Shown here piece by piece: positions 46,187 to 57,816 of a DNA stretch of 64,000 nt. Position 1 is the stretch's first letter; every line of letters begins with the position of its first letter. The stretch lies in contig NKIB01012576.1 in assembly GCA_002256025.1 (NCBI GenBank), forward strand, positions 1 to 64,000, written 5' to 3'. Origin of the DNA: Asterionella formosa. Its lineage: Eukaryota. The translations under genes were made by a program, and so were the position numbers. The notes beneath the pieces are model-generated. The model was not told where the DNA came from and did no database searches. It saw nothing but the letters and a program-made list of their open reading frames with translations.

Positions 46187-46873
46187 ATGGCCTTCGATTT
46201 CCGTAGCTCGTCGCCGATTGAAATAGGGGAAGTTGCCCCCTCCGTCGCTGGCTCCGATGTTTCCGACGAAGCACGCCTCCCTCTACAATGGGTCTTTCAC
46301 GGCCTGACTTTGTGGCTGGAATTCGAGGAGTTTGAATCAGACCTTCACAACGCTATTCAACATGCTTCTGACAAATATGGGACCGAAGTCATTCCTCAAC
46401 CTCACGCCACTGCCATTTACGGCATGACGCATCTCAGCGAGCAAGATGCCAGTCGTAAGCTTCACGAGCTGCCTTCTCGTCTCACGAATGGCTGGCCACG
46501 CATGGACCGACCCGTCGGTATCAAGCAGGACATTGCCCAAGAAGGCAGACCTGGTCAGGTTTGTACCATTGCTTGGGCTGAGTTGACCCTTGCGACGAAT
46601 GAGAAACACGAGGCGGTGTTGGATCAGGTGTACGAATTGTTTGATATGGGACCACGAAAGGGACCATGGACGCCGCATTTGTCGTTGGCGTATGACAATC
46701 CCGATGACACCACATTGTCACTTGGTGACTTTCTACATTACGTAGCGGATCATCCAACTCTGCTACGCCCCCGTAAAGTTACGGCCTTGTCCTTGTGGAA
46801 CACAGAAGGGAAAATGGCAGATTGGAAATGTCTTGATAGGGTGCATTTTGATAGAGTACCAGTAGGGGTTTAG
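46187..46873 (+). CDS. 2H phosphoesterase, cyclic phosphodiesterase (CPDase)-like
   Basis: Motifs PQPHATAIY and WTPHLSLAY, and C-terminal LSLWNTEG...W. A pyrimidine-rich ...TTTATAG at 46174 suggests a possible upstream exon. Confidence 0.82.
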   Translation: MAFDFRSSSPIEIGEVAPSVAGSDVSDEARLPLQWVFHGLTLWLEFEEFESDLHNAIQHASDKYGTEVIPQPHATAIYGMTHLSEQDASRKLHELPSRLTNGWPRMDRPVGIKQDIAQEGRPGQVCTIAWAELTLATNEKHEAVLDQVYELFDMGPRKGPWTPHLSLAYDNPDDTTLSLGDFLHYVADHPTLLRPRKVTALSLWNTEGKMADWKCLDRVHFDRVPVGV

Positions 46874-47034
46874 ATACAGTCTTCTTCTTTCTCAAGGATT
46901 GAGAATACCCCTTTGAGCATTATTTTATATTCTTGTGGACACTGCAACAATAGAACATTTTCGAAAAGGGAACAGTAAGGAATAGAAACAATTTTTGAAA
47001 CGGATGAAACTGTCACCTATTAAAACTATCGATA

Positions 47035-48432
47035 TTATACTACCTTCTTCTCAAGAACACTCGTGGTATCCAGTGACGCCGCAGTCACTTCTGTACCCGA
47101 ACCATCATTCCTTACAACTTTCCCTTCCTCAGAATGTTTCATTTGGAAACCTGAATTGAGAACCAACCTCTCGTAATACCATGCCACTATTATAAACACA
47201 AAGGAATACAACCCCAGCACTGCGGCCAGCGGTGCCTGTACTGGATGGACGTATGCCAAACTACCACCAAGAATTGGTCCCAACATCCCTGCCGCACTTT
47301 CTGCAGCTGCCAAGATCCCAAACAATGATCCAATCTCATCAGATGACGCCAAATGGCTTGTATCTGCCGTCAAGATAGTATTGACCAACCCCAGGGAAGT
47401 TACAATCATACCAAACAAGAGATACACAACAAGGAGCGAGTCTGTTTGGAATGCAACATACCGACCAACCCCCAATGTAACACAGGCTGCCAGAATCATT
47501 TGCACACGTTGTTTTGGCGACGAGTTCCCCCCTAGTCTCTGCAAAAGTAATTTAGCCAAAATGCCTTGACTCAGGGCGTAGGTTAGTCCAATAAATGACA
47601 TGAATTTGCCATGGTCAGATGGACCAAAGTCAAATCGACGTTTTAGTGACGTTGTCCAAATGGTTTGGAAAATATGAAAGGCCAGACTCATGGAAACCCG
47701 AATAAGTATGAATAGTATTCCTGAAGGAGAGCGGGCAGCCCGGACGTTCAAAATCGAAAGCACACCTGACGGTGGTGTTGCCGATTGTTGCTTTTTAATT
47801 TGGGCAATGCCCGGCGGAAGTTTATATATAAGTACTCCAGACAAGACAATCGCGATTATGCCCGCTGCATTGGCCTGCTCATATGTGTTCAAAACAGTCG
47901 CTCCAGCCAATGGTCCGGCCATGAATGCCAGCCCTACCGCCATGCCCAACATACCAACCGACGACGCGCGTTCAGCAGGGGTCGAAGTGCCCACAGCATC
48001 GTGGTAGTCGGAAAAAAGGGCCTTGAAAATATCAAAATTTTGCTGCAGAAGGGCACCTGGAATCATGCTCAACCACATGCCAGTGATGGAGTAGGTGTTT
48101 GCGGCAATTAGCATGCCAGCCAGCGAAGCAAGCGATCCAGCCCAGAGACAATAGGTTCGGGAGTTGGTGGAAATGTCTGACAATCGACCCATGAGGGCGG
48201 AACCGATCAATGACAGGAGCGATCGTGTCGACATGAGGCTTCCATAACAGAGAGCGTCGCAGCCCAAAGCATCTCGTCTTGATTGTAAGTGAGGCATGGT
48301 TAAGCTAAATGACATGATCAGCAACGCCACGGAGAGACTCCCGTACATAGTGCCAAGCCGAAGTTGATCTTTAGCAGCCATTGTTTTGGGGTTCTGCTTC
48401 TCAGGAGCGCACATCATGTTGGCTGGATTCAT
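47035..48432 (-). CDS. MFS transporter (DHA1/tetracycline-efflux or SLC22A18-like)
   Basis: About 12 hydrophobic segments, motif A GRLSD and antiporter motif C GLAFMAGPLAG. Confidence 0.88.
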   Translation of the reverse strand: MNPANMMCAPEKQNPKTMAAKDQLRLGTMYGSLSVALLIMSFSLTMPHLQSRRDALGCDALCYGSLMSTRSLLSLIGSALMGRLSDISTNSRTYCLWAGSLASLAGMLIAANTYSITGMWLSMIPGALLQQNFDIFKALFSDYHDAVGTSTPAERASSVGMLGMAVGLAFMAGPLAGATVLNTYEQANAAGIIAIVLSGVLIYKLPPGIAQIKKQQSATPPSGVLSILNVRAARSPSGILFILIRVSMSLAFHIFQTIWTTSLKRRFDFGPSDHGKFMSFIGLTYALSQGILAKLLLQRLGGNSSPKQRVQMILAACVTLGVGRYVAFQTDSLLVVYLLFGMIVTSLGLVNTILTADTSHLASSDEIGSLFGILAAAESAAGMLGPILGGSLAYVHPVQAPLAAVLGLYSFVFIIVAWYYERLVLNSGFQMKHSEEGKVVRNDGSGTEVTAASLDTTSVLEKKVV

Positions 48433-49072
48433 TGTGGGACCCAAGAAAGAGTAATAATCAATTGTTGTCGTCGGACAATTACTGACTGTGCCTGTGTCTC
48501 ACATCATGACACAGCAAAATAACATGATCGTCAGAATCAAAAGTGAACCTCATCCTCCCACTCTTGGTATTTTTATGGCTATATTTATGCAATAAAACCA
48601 CATGTACCACAACGAGTACGGATACCGGTATACGATATGTAGGGTAAAACCACAATAAGTGTCCCGCGTAGGACTGCTCCGAGTAACATACTGGCATATG
48701 TGTTCAATATGCATGATAAATAATACCGGTAGACTAGGTGATAGCGGTATAGGTACCCTGGTACGGTAATTTACGAGGGACAAATATGCATGTTGGCTGG
48801 TCGATTCGGATAGAAAGAAACGCTTTGGGTACACGATGATATCCATAGTTTTACCTTTTCGTTCATCTACTACAACTTTAAAAAATTCTTGGTTTTCGAA
48901 CTTAACACTGTTCGTTACTAATCATATTTTATGTATTTTTACCCTTGGAATTTGCCCTTTTCGTTGCATTGGAAATATATAGTTGGCCGCACCTAACATT
49001 TATTCGTATGATTGAGCTTGGGCCATGAAATCTTTCTTCAAACATATATTGGTAATTGGTAGTAGTAGTTCA

Positions 49073-50487
49073 TCAATCGCAGTTTTTCGCATCAGCGATC
49101 ATGCTTGCTTTCGTGTTGGAATCAATGAGCCCCAGAATCATTACATTCATGGCGTTTGCTTTAACACATAGCACATAAGCCTTCGTTTCTCGGTCGCTGT
49201 CAGGACATGAGTAGTACTCCTCCTTACATTCCATAGCCACAATCTGTGCGCCACTGCATCCTTGCCATTCATTCGGATCATGTGTAGACTTAAAAACGTT
49301 GTCCCCCACAACTGTTCTAGGGCAATGATCATTCCCATTCTTGATTCCGTCTTTATCCGAATCTTGCAAAAAATCTTTTACGCCACCAATTGGATCATTT
49401 GGACAAATAGGACTAATGACGATGTTATCAAAGCCGCTGGACTTCGTATCGAGTGAGTTCACTTGTGTTTGAAATTCCAGATCGACCGTGCCGCCCGAGG
49501 TAAACGAAGTCTTCCTCACGGTTATCTCGACATGATGAATCTGATCAGAATGGTCAAGAGAGAAGCATTCGGGATTTTCAATAGGGTCACTTGTGTATTT
49601 CCACGTTACACCTGAGATGGGATGATCCCCGGGCGGTCCAGTGACTGTGCCCTCATCAACATGTTCATCGAACAAACCCAAATCAATGACAATGTTATTA
49701 ATTTTTACAACAAGTTTGTCATTGTAGTATACACCGTTTCGCCACTTGTCGATTTCGTAAAAGTCGAAATTCACAACCACTCCCGATGAGTCTTTGGGAA
49801 GGCTCGTGTACGTTTTCAACGCAGAATCTCCCTTGGAGAATCGTCCAAGGAAAATAGAGTAGAATAGAATTCGCAAGTATCATCCAATCTGCTCGTCTCC
49901 CATCCACTCATACTTCCTCTCTCGAAATCATCCCCGTAGTTGATACGTCTGTCGGCACATGTCCTCGCTATTGTCCATCATGATGTGTAAAGAATGATGA
50001 GACGGAAACCGAGCGACAGAGTCCAATAATAAAGGACGATTTTAAAAAAGCGACAAATAGAAAGAAGAAAAAATTTGGGTGAGTGAAATCTGCTGACCTA
50101 TGATCGGGCACATACATCAGTGTGAGGGGTCGAAAAAAGAAATAATAGGCATGCATGTCGCCCGGAAACTCCTTCTTGCTTTGTGCTGGATACCGATAAT
50201 TATATATATACCAGTATGTGGGTCCAGATAATAAAATGTATGTACCTGGTACCCCGACCGGTATATGTTCAACATGTCAAGCAGGCATGCATTGCGATTT
50301 TTCGGTATAAATGTCTGTATGTGTGTATAAATCATTAAGTGCACCGTCATCCAAGGAGCAAACCTCACCATACCCGATTGACAAGTGAGGCTGAACACAT
50401 CAAACGCGACAAGTTGTTCCCGGCTTTCCATTCACGCTTACCTGTGGCGAAAGGGAGAAGAAAAAGAAGGGCGTAGTGAAGATTCAT
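49073..50487 (-). CDS. Spliced secreted protein with a beta-rich domain and a thrombospondin-3-like Ca-binding motif; possible frameshift near 49865
   Basis: Exon 1 MNLHYALLFLLPFAT ends at a GTAAGC donor (50441). DDFERGSMSGW...FLGRF...FDFYEIDKW and DSDKDGIKNGNDHCP follow. The internal exon structure is uncertain. Confidence 0.55.
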
Positions 50488-52181
50488 GATGATGCTGAAG
50501 TGTGGAATAACTTGAAGGTTGCTTTATGCTGTTCGAGAGTGCTTATGGTTTTTCAAACTGTTCTGATTTTGTGAGACGAAGGATGGGGTGAGAATGGCAT
50601 GATTTGTTCATGTTTGTTACATAGCTTCTCATCACCCTGTCACTACGATTGACCAACTAGTTCTTGGTATGAATGTTTTAAGCAAAAATTGGTCCTGTGA
50701 AGGTGCATTCTTCGTATAGGGACCAAAGCGAACGCTAGTCATCACAAGGAGGGTCGCGCTTGAGTTGGTTCACCTTGGTTAGATGGAGTTCTTACAAGTC
50801 TCTGAATGGGTAACAAGCTCAATTGACATTTGCTACTGACACCTATACTGTGAATGCTGAATTCGTCATATTCTCGTTGCTACTTCTTGCTGGCTGATGG
50901 TACGATTAACCACCATCGAGCTGGTTGGCAGGTTCCAAAAAAAAGTGCGATCAAATAGTAGTAAGCTGCTACGGAATACTAATTACTAGGTAATTATGAG
51001 CATTGGGAAAGGAACACGATTGACAGCTGATGTTCTCCGTCTGTCCTCGACAACGATATTTCTGGAAGGGATGATTGAGAAGACATCAAATGAAATGGCT
51101 ACTTGACATTCTCCATTACATGAATGCAACAGTGTTTGCGTATTGTTGATAGTATATGTATCTGTACTGACGAACAAAAACGTAGCAAGTGATAGCGCTG
51201 CAGTGCAAACAGCTAGACTGCTTTCTGCTGATTCCACTCTTCATTTTTATCGTTCTTTTTGTACCCGTAGACGTGATGAGTTGCACAACCACTTTACCGG
51301 ACACTGAGCGAGTTCGGTGTGTGTCATATGTACCAGGTATCGACATACGACAAAGTTTAAACAGGTATAACATAACGGTATATCATATACTGTCGGATTA
51401 ACTGGAACCACAGCGATAAACAAACATGGAAATGGTACCTTTAAAAATTTCATATACTATTCCTCTATACTGTACTATCATTACTCAAGCATGCTCATGG
51501 ACAAATGCTTTTCTTTCTTGCGAAGAAGCAAAACAAAGTCTGCAACCTTAGTTGACTAGGGATGGTGATTTGTATGTACTGATGGTTACCAAATCTCTTA
51601 ATTGGACAAATTTTGATGCCATCTCATCAGGCCCATGAACCGATATTCCTATATGGTCCATTTACAAGCAACCCCTAAATTTTCTGGGGTCAAAATTAGG
51701 TCGCCCAAGGAAAAGTATCCATCTGTGTTTCCTTTTTTGCCAATTACTCTATCCAGAGTAATGACATCAAGAATTCCATGGTGAGTCTGCAAGTCCAACT
51801 CTGCTGCAACTGATGCTGAAGCCAAAACAGTGTACCACTTCAGAATATCACCCCATTTGATCCTGGCAATACCCATAATAATGATGTCCTAGTTGCAGTT
51901 TACCCTCCTGAAAATTATTTACCTGTTCACTTCCCTCTCCCCCTCCATAAAGCATCCTTGCTAGGCTGAGTGCCCATGAGTGACATATTCTTAGTGGAAC
52001 GGCCAAGTGAACCAGTTTCCCTCTGGTTTCATGTAATATAGTAATTCATGAAATGCTGGTGTGATGCAATATCTAGAGCAGGTCACATGAGGGTTCCTCC
52101 AATACTTTAAGAGGATGTGTTAAACAGTCTGAAAGTTCAGTATTGTGGCTTGATGTCATGCATAAGATCCGAACCTGACTT

Positions 52182-54090
52182 TGTCTGCAAATTAAAACTA
52201 TCATGAATATAGGATCAAGGGTATTGTACGCTACTATTGCAGAATGGTGAGTCTCAAAACTATGTATCAGCCAGGCAATTAAAATGGGACCATCTTTTGT
52301 GCACCCTTGTTGTGTTTGTACATTGACTTGGCAACTGTCAGCCAAGAGCAGCCATGGTAGTATGTCACCATATACTGTCTATACGAATTTTCGAATGCAT
52401 TCAGCTATGATAACTTTTGCGCCTAAGCAGTATCTCACCACCCTTGTCATAGATTTCTCTTTATCCTTTGACTGCACAGGCCCAGGCTACTCAATGCCTT
52501 CATTTGCAAGTTCAGCCAAGCACGTTGGCATCAAGAAAACCTCAACCCCGATTTTCCTCACATGCTCCGCCAATCGACTTCTTCAATGATGAAGAAAGAA
52601 TTGAGGTAGCTATATTGACGTCAGATGGGGCAGGCTTGTGTATAGATTGATGATGCCGAAAGCACTGCTTCCTTTTCCGGTAGGTACCAATTTGTCAACA
52701 TTGTTTGAGTCAATCCATTCTTGTTCCCGCAAGACCAGCAGCAATTATCACTTTACTTTTCCTCCTAAGAACCTTCATTCTCTTTTACAACAATTTTCCT
52801 GATGCTTGCAGAGAATTTTTAGTTCCCTTTTGATTTTTCCACTGTTTTTGATCCCTTGGTAATTCAAGTCAAGAAACAAGTGACTCATTGAGATTTCTGG
52901 AGGTTTTGGTCATTTGCACCACCATACAGCAACAGTCAACTGATCATGGCGGCTGTTTTCCATTTTCTGTACCAAGAAAGTGACATTCAAGAAGGGTCTG
53001 GGATCATTGGGGAGAAAAATTAGTAGGCTTCTCTGTGTTTGCCCCCGCCTGTTTGTCATTCTACCATTGCTTCCTCTCAATTAATACTAGTAAAATGAAA
53101 ACCGTAATTAGATGAAATGTTACTTCCGGTTTCTAATATTTTACATTGTTGCACTACTGAAACTTGAAATCATAAATGGGCATTCAACCTGTGTGTCTTG
53201 CATTTTTGCAGTATAGAGTGGCTGGTGGGCGATAGGTCACAGTGTCTGGCTTTTCATGAACATCTACAAAGTAGTGCATTTGTCGAGGTTTGTGTCTAAA
53301 CCCAACTGCTGCCTGCCATCCATTGAACCATTCCAGATACATCAAAGAATACAGTCGCCTCCTGTCTTCAAATTTAAGGAACTAGTACGATGACGAAGGA
53401 AATCTAATGAGACAAGAAAATTTCAAAACCAGAATCACTCTGTTATTATAAATAGACAGTCTCTTGCTTCTTTGTGCATATCGCCTGCTATGCTGCATTT
53501 CAATTCTAACTGTATTATTTTATCGTTAGAGAAACGATGTAACATAGAAGTAGATTATGCTGTTCTATAATGGATGTTATTTAGCTATGATAGAGGTTGC
53601 AACACTGATCAATGCTCTGGTGACAGACCGGAAATTTTCGTCTTGTGTGATGAGCCATTTCGTTTTCATTGGATTTCTTTCTTTTCAAGCTCTAAACGGA
53701 TTGCATACGAACATACTGTACACTGTAGGTGATAATTCATCGAAGACATATGATGACTTGACAGACAAATGAAGATTTTATCACAAACACTTGTTCCTCT
53801 CGACATGGCTGCTTTGTCGTTGTTGCAAGAATCAGAGTGAGGACTGGAGAGGATGATGAGCCAAACCACAATACTTGAGCTGGTACGACATTATCCTACC
53901 AATAATTTTAAATAAAGAAACCTAACAGAAACAATACATAGAATAATTAAATTTCCATAGTCAAAAGGGTTCCTATTTAAATTATGAGGGCATTTATCAA
54001 AATTACTAGATGATATAACGAAAAATTATGATCAGATGATCATAATCCTATGATGCATCATAGGAATATGATGGTTTTTATTTGCAGACG
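52182..54090 (-). mobile_element. Decayed Tc1/mariner-IS630-like DNA transposon
   Basis: About 23-bp TIR (C/T)GTCTGCAAAT(A/T)AAAAC(C/T)ATCAT at both ends. Minus-strand remnants LVLREQEWIDSNNVDK, GVEVFLMPTCLAELANEGIE*-WACA and IRKF...FETHHSA. Confidence 0.8.
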
Positions 54091-56264
54091 TTATTGTCAC
54101 TGTATAAGTGCATTGGTGGAGGAGACGAAATGAATAAGCCATCATTTCAATCCTTGCTTTGCATTATTGGATCACAGGCAACTACATTGTTGTGGCCATG
54201 CCTGTAGACCTTCAGAGTGAATATTGACTTGGTGCCATGGTGAATCTTCCAGCATATATACTAGGGAACATGAATTCCGATGTTTTCTTTTGTGGCTTGG
54301 CAAAGAATGACTCTCAGAGCAAAGGTTCCAAATTCAATTCTGCGGATCTCTCAGAGTAAACGTTCCATATTTTTAGTACTTTGGAGGTCACATGAGCCTC
54401 TCTCATTGAGCCATTCATTATTGACGGGTTCATAAAACAAGCTTATAGCTGCATCAGTGTGATACAGCAAGCAGTAGTGCACTGAACAATGATTATGATG
54501 TGATGTGTGTGTTGTTTCATTTTTCTGCTGCTTGCTGTGCAATGCTGAGCCTTGCTTGGTGCTGAAATAGCTCATGCACACGACATGATACTTAGGTAAT
54601 TTGCATCAAATTTCAAAAATGGAGATTCCATCCTGAAAACCACTATCTGTCTAAAATGCCAAAAGAAAGCAACTAGCAGAAAAAAGGTTGTTTGTTGGGT
54701 ATTACCCTTAAATGATCAAACTTCACTCCAAGTTCAACCTAAAAGTACTAGGTATACTGTGCTAAATTATAAACTGAGAATGAGCTTAAGTTCAGACTTT
54801 GGCCGAAATACCGGCCTACTGTCTGAACATTCTACTTTATCAGCATAAGTGTCCGGCAGATGTCGGAAGATGCAGCATTTACCAAATGGATAACCAACAG
54901 AAGGAAATATGAGAGGAGTTCTTCTGGCATGAATCGATTCTTCGTTGATCTATCTAATACTAGCTATATCAGAGTTTCTTCTCGTACTTGATATAATCTG
55001 TGTTTGGGTTGGATTTAGCACTATGGAGGAACTTGCCATGCACTGAAGATCAGATTGGAATAGAATGCATCATGACTTGTTATTTCCATCCTCACTTGGG
55101 TGGGTTTGGTCCAAACATTGAGTCCTTGCTCATAAACAGTCTATTGGTAAATAATTATTCTTCCAAAAAGCACCATTTGGTTCTTCCAGAACTTTCTCAG
55201 ATGAAAGGTTGGCTTGTATGTTAGTACTAGTACATTTGATAATTATTTGGGTGATGAAAGTAATAATCCAGCATCCCAGCATCCATGAACATTACTGTTG
55301 TGTGTAATGACAGCTCAAATGATCCGGACTAATAGACAACACATACACGTTGACCTCAAATGGTAGCATCCAAATGTCTGCTTGAGTCCTTCATCAACAT
55401 TTGTCATGGAAGCTTTCATCAATGCTGTCCTATCCCATTTTAACACCCCTATTGAATGGAATTGAATGGTCCCTACCAGTAGAGTGTTTTGTTGTCATAA
55501 ACAGCTGCAAGGAGCAATTTCAGTACCTCTAGTAAGGGTACTACATAATCCTTGGTTAAATATTGGACGTTCAAGTTACCACAGGTGCTTTGAATCTAAA
55601 TTAGGTGTATGTGTACGACTAAACACCGGGTTCCTACCATATGTGTTATGCACACCGTGAATTTACAGTACCTGGTACGGAGTACCAGGTACCTTCCTTA
55701 CCTTTCACAAGGAAAACAAGATGCGATAAAACACGGTTTTTGCTACCAGGAAAATAGTGCTAAACTTCTCTCGATCTCTTATATATTGTACATCTTTACA
55801 GCGAATACCGTTTTTCAGATTTCTGCAACCGTTATACCCGATAGCTGAAATTAAATACCAGTATGTATACTACCGGTTAATACCTAGCAGGAAATTCCGG
55901 GTCCTCCGAGTACCCGGTAGTTAGCAAGTAAGTAAGTAATCAAATGAACGCCCATGCTCATAGTGCCTGATTAATTGTACCAGGTACATGGTACCTACAT
56001 ACGGTTATTAATGTGATACCAGAATATCCGCTCTTCTTTTAGTTTTTTCAGGGTGGAGTACTAAATATGATTCATTTTTTCCCTTGTACGACCCACTTGC
56101 TTGTATACATCTTGCGCATCATCATGCACCACATGTATACCGGTAATTCCGATAACATGAAAATTTATGTCAATAGACAGTATTTGATGTATATTTGATC
56201 GCAAGATCCGCAAGAGTCCATTCTAGCCCAGCTTCGACTCTGTGCTGAAAGACATCCCACCATC

Positions 56265-57145
56265 ATGCCATCTGATGAATTGTCAGTTGAATCCGATGCA
56301 CCGTCGTCAAGTGTTGCCTTAAGTTCGAACACAATGGCCCGTCACGTTGAGATTGGACGAACAGTCAAAGTGAAGCAACTTCGGGACGATGCGGTTGCTG
56401 TTCTAGAAGAGATGCTTGCCACCAAGATGGAAGAAGTCGGCATCTTGCAAGAGCAACTTGCCCTTCTGTCGAAACAACACGTGCGCGAAGCAGCAATGGT
56501 GGATCCCTATGGCGATTCTGGTATTTTCACGGGGCAAATTAATAATGAGAAGCCTCACGGCAAAGGTACGTCGTCACATCCATTGCCAGCAAGTTCTGTT
56601 CTGCTTGGCGTCTGTTATCTTATTCTGTGTCGCCCATCGCCATACATCACACAACAGGAACTATGAAATACGAAGACGGCCGCATCTTCGTTGGAGAATG
56701 GTCGGAAGGCCGCTGGCACGGGATGGGCCGAGCATCCTTTTCCAATGGCGATTCCTACGACGGCCAGTATAAATACGATCAGCGTCACGGTGAAGGTTGT
56801 TACCGCTGGCATGATGGTCGCGTCTACACGGGTGGGTTTTACGGAGACAAGCGTCACGGCAAGGGGCGGTACGTGTGGCCTGATGGCGCCAAATACGAAG
56901 GTGAATTCAAAGATGGGCAGCATGATGGTGTGGGAACCTATAGGTTTGCGGATGGCAGTGTGTACGCAGGAAACTGGCGTCAGGGACAATATCATGGTGT
57001 TGGCACTTGCACCTGGTCGGATGGACGGATCTATACAGGTGAATGGCATATGGGACAAGCACATGGGCGAGGAAAAGAGACAAACCCAGATGGAACTATT
57101 CGTCATGATGGGGTGTGGTCGTATGACACACCAGTGAGAAAGTAA
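56265..57145 (+). CDS. MORN-repeat protein; exons 56265-56565 and 56658-57145
   Basis: About seven YxGxW/F...HGxG repeats. A 92-nt GTACGT...CAACAG intron joins PHGK-G-TMKY in frame. Short N-terminal coiled coil. Confidence 0.9.
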
Positions 57146-57750
57146 GGAATTTTTCATTGATTGGAATTTTCTGGGGTGCAGTTATTGTGACTAACACCCG
57201 AATTTAACTATTATATTCACAGAGCTATTGGAGCAAAGTTAAGCTTTATTGCTGGTAGGAAACCGTATTAAGGTTTGAAGTGGTTTTCAATTTATCTTGT
57301 CATATTTCAGTGTTGCAGCTGGTTGAATTTTTGATTTGATGAAACTGCAAGTTGTGTTAAATACTCTCTTTCTCTGTTAGTGCCATGATAATGTTAGACC
57401 AAATCTCTAATGCCAGAAATGATGAACAAGTATTGACTAGGCTGTCCCTTGAGATATTAAGTATTCATTTTCCTTTGAACTGGTGATATTCACTATTATC
57501 GAGTCATGTTGACTCAAATGGAATTGACACTTGAACCCATACTTATGTTGTGTCAAATCCTTATTTTGTTGCTGGCTTTAGTCATTGGACAGCTCAAAAC
57601 AAAAACAAAATTTATTTTATTTTATAGTATGTCACTTTTGACAAAGTTGATATTTGTGGAGGTTGTGAAATCGAACTTGCGCTCCCCAGAGGGGACCTGC
57701 ATGTTGTCGGCCTCACCCCCTGGAACCCTAGGGACCACATAAACAAATCA

Positions 57751-57816
57751 GGTGGAGAATGCAGGAATTGAACCCATCACCTCAGAAAGGTGTGCTTACT
57801 ACCACTCAGCCATTCA
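57751..57816 (-). pseudogene. Degenerate tRNA-derived sequence (tRNA pseudogene or SINE head)
   Basis: The minus strand has A-box-like TGGCTGAGTGG, B-box GGTTCAATTCC and 3' ATTCTCCACC. The acceptor and anticodon stems do not pair properly. Confidence 0.45.

Noticed and set aside
18115..54090. Fanzor/TnpB or other RNA-guided nuclease cargo in the DNA transposons
   Set aside because: No RuvC/zinc-finger motif pattern was recognised in any ORF or fragment.
57751..57816. Functional tRNA gene
   Set aside because: The cloverleaf cannot be completed; acceptor and anticodon stems are defective.
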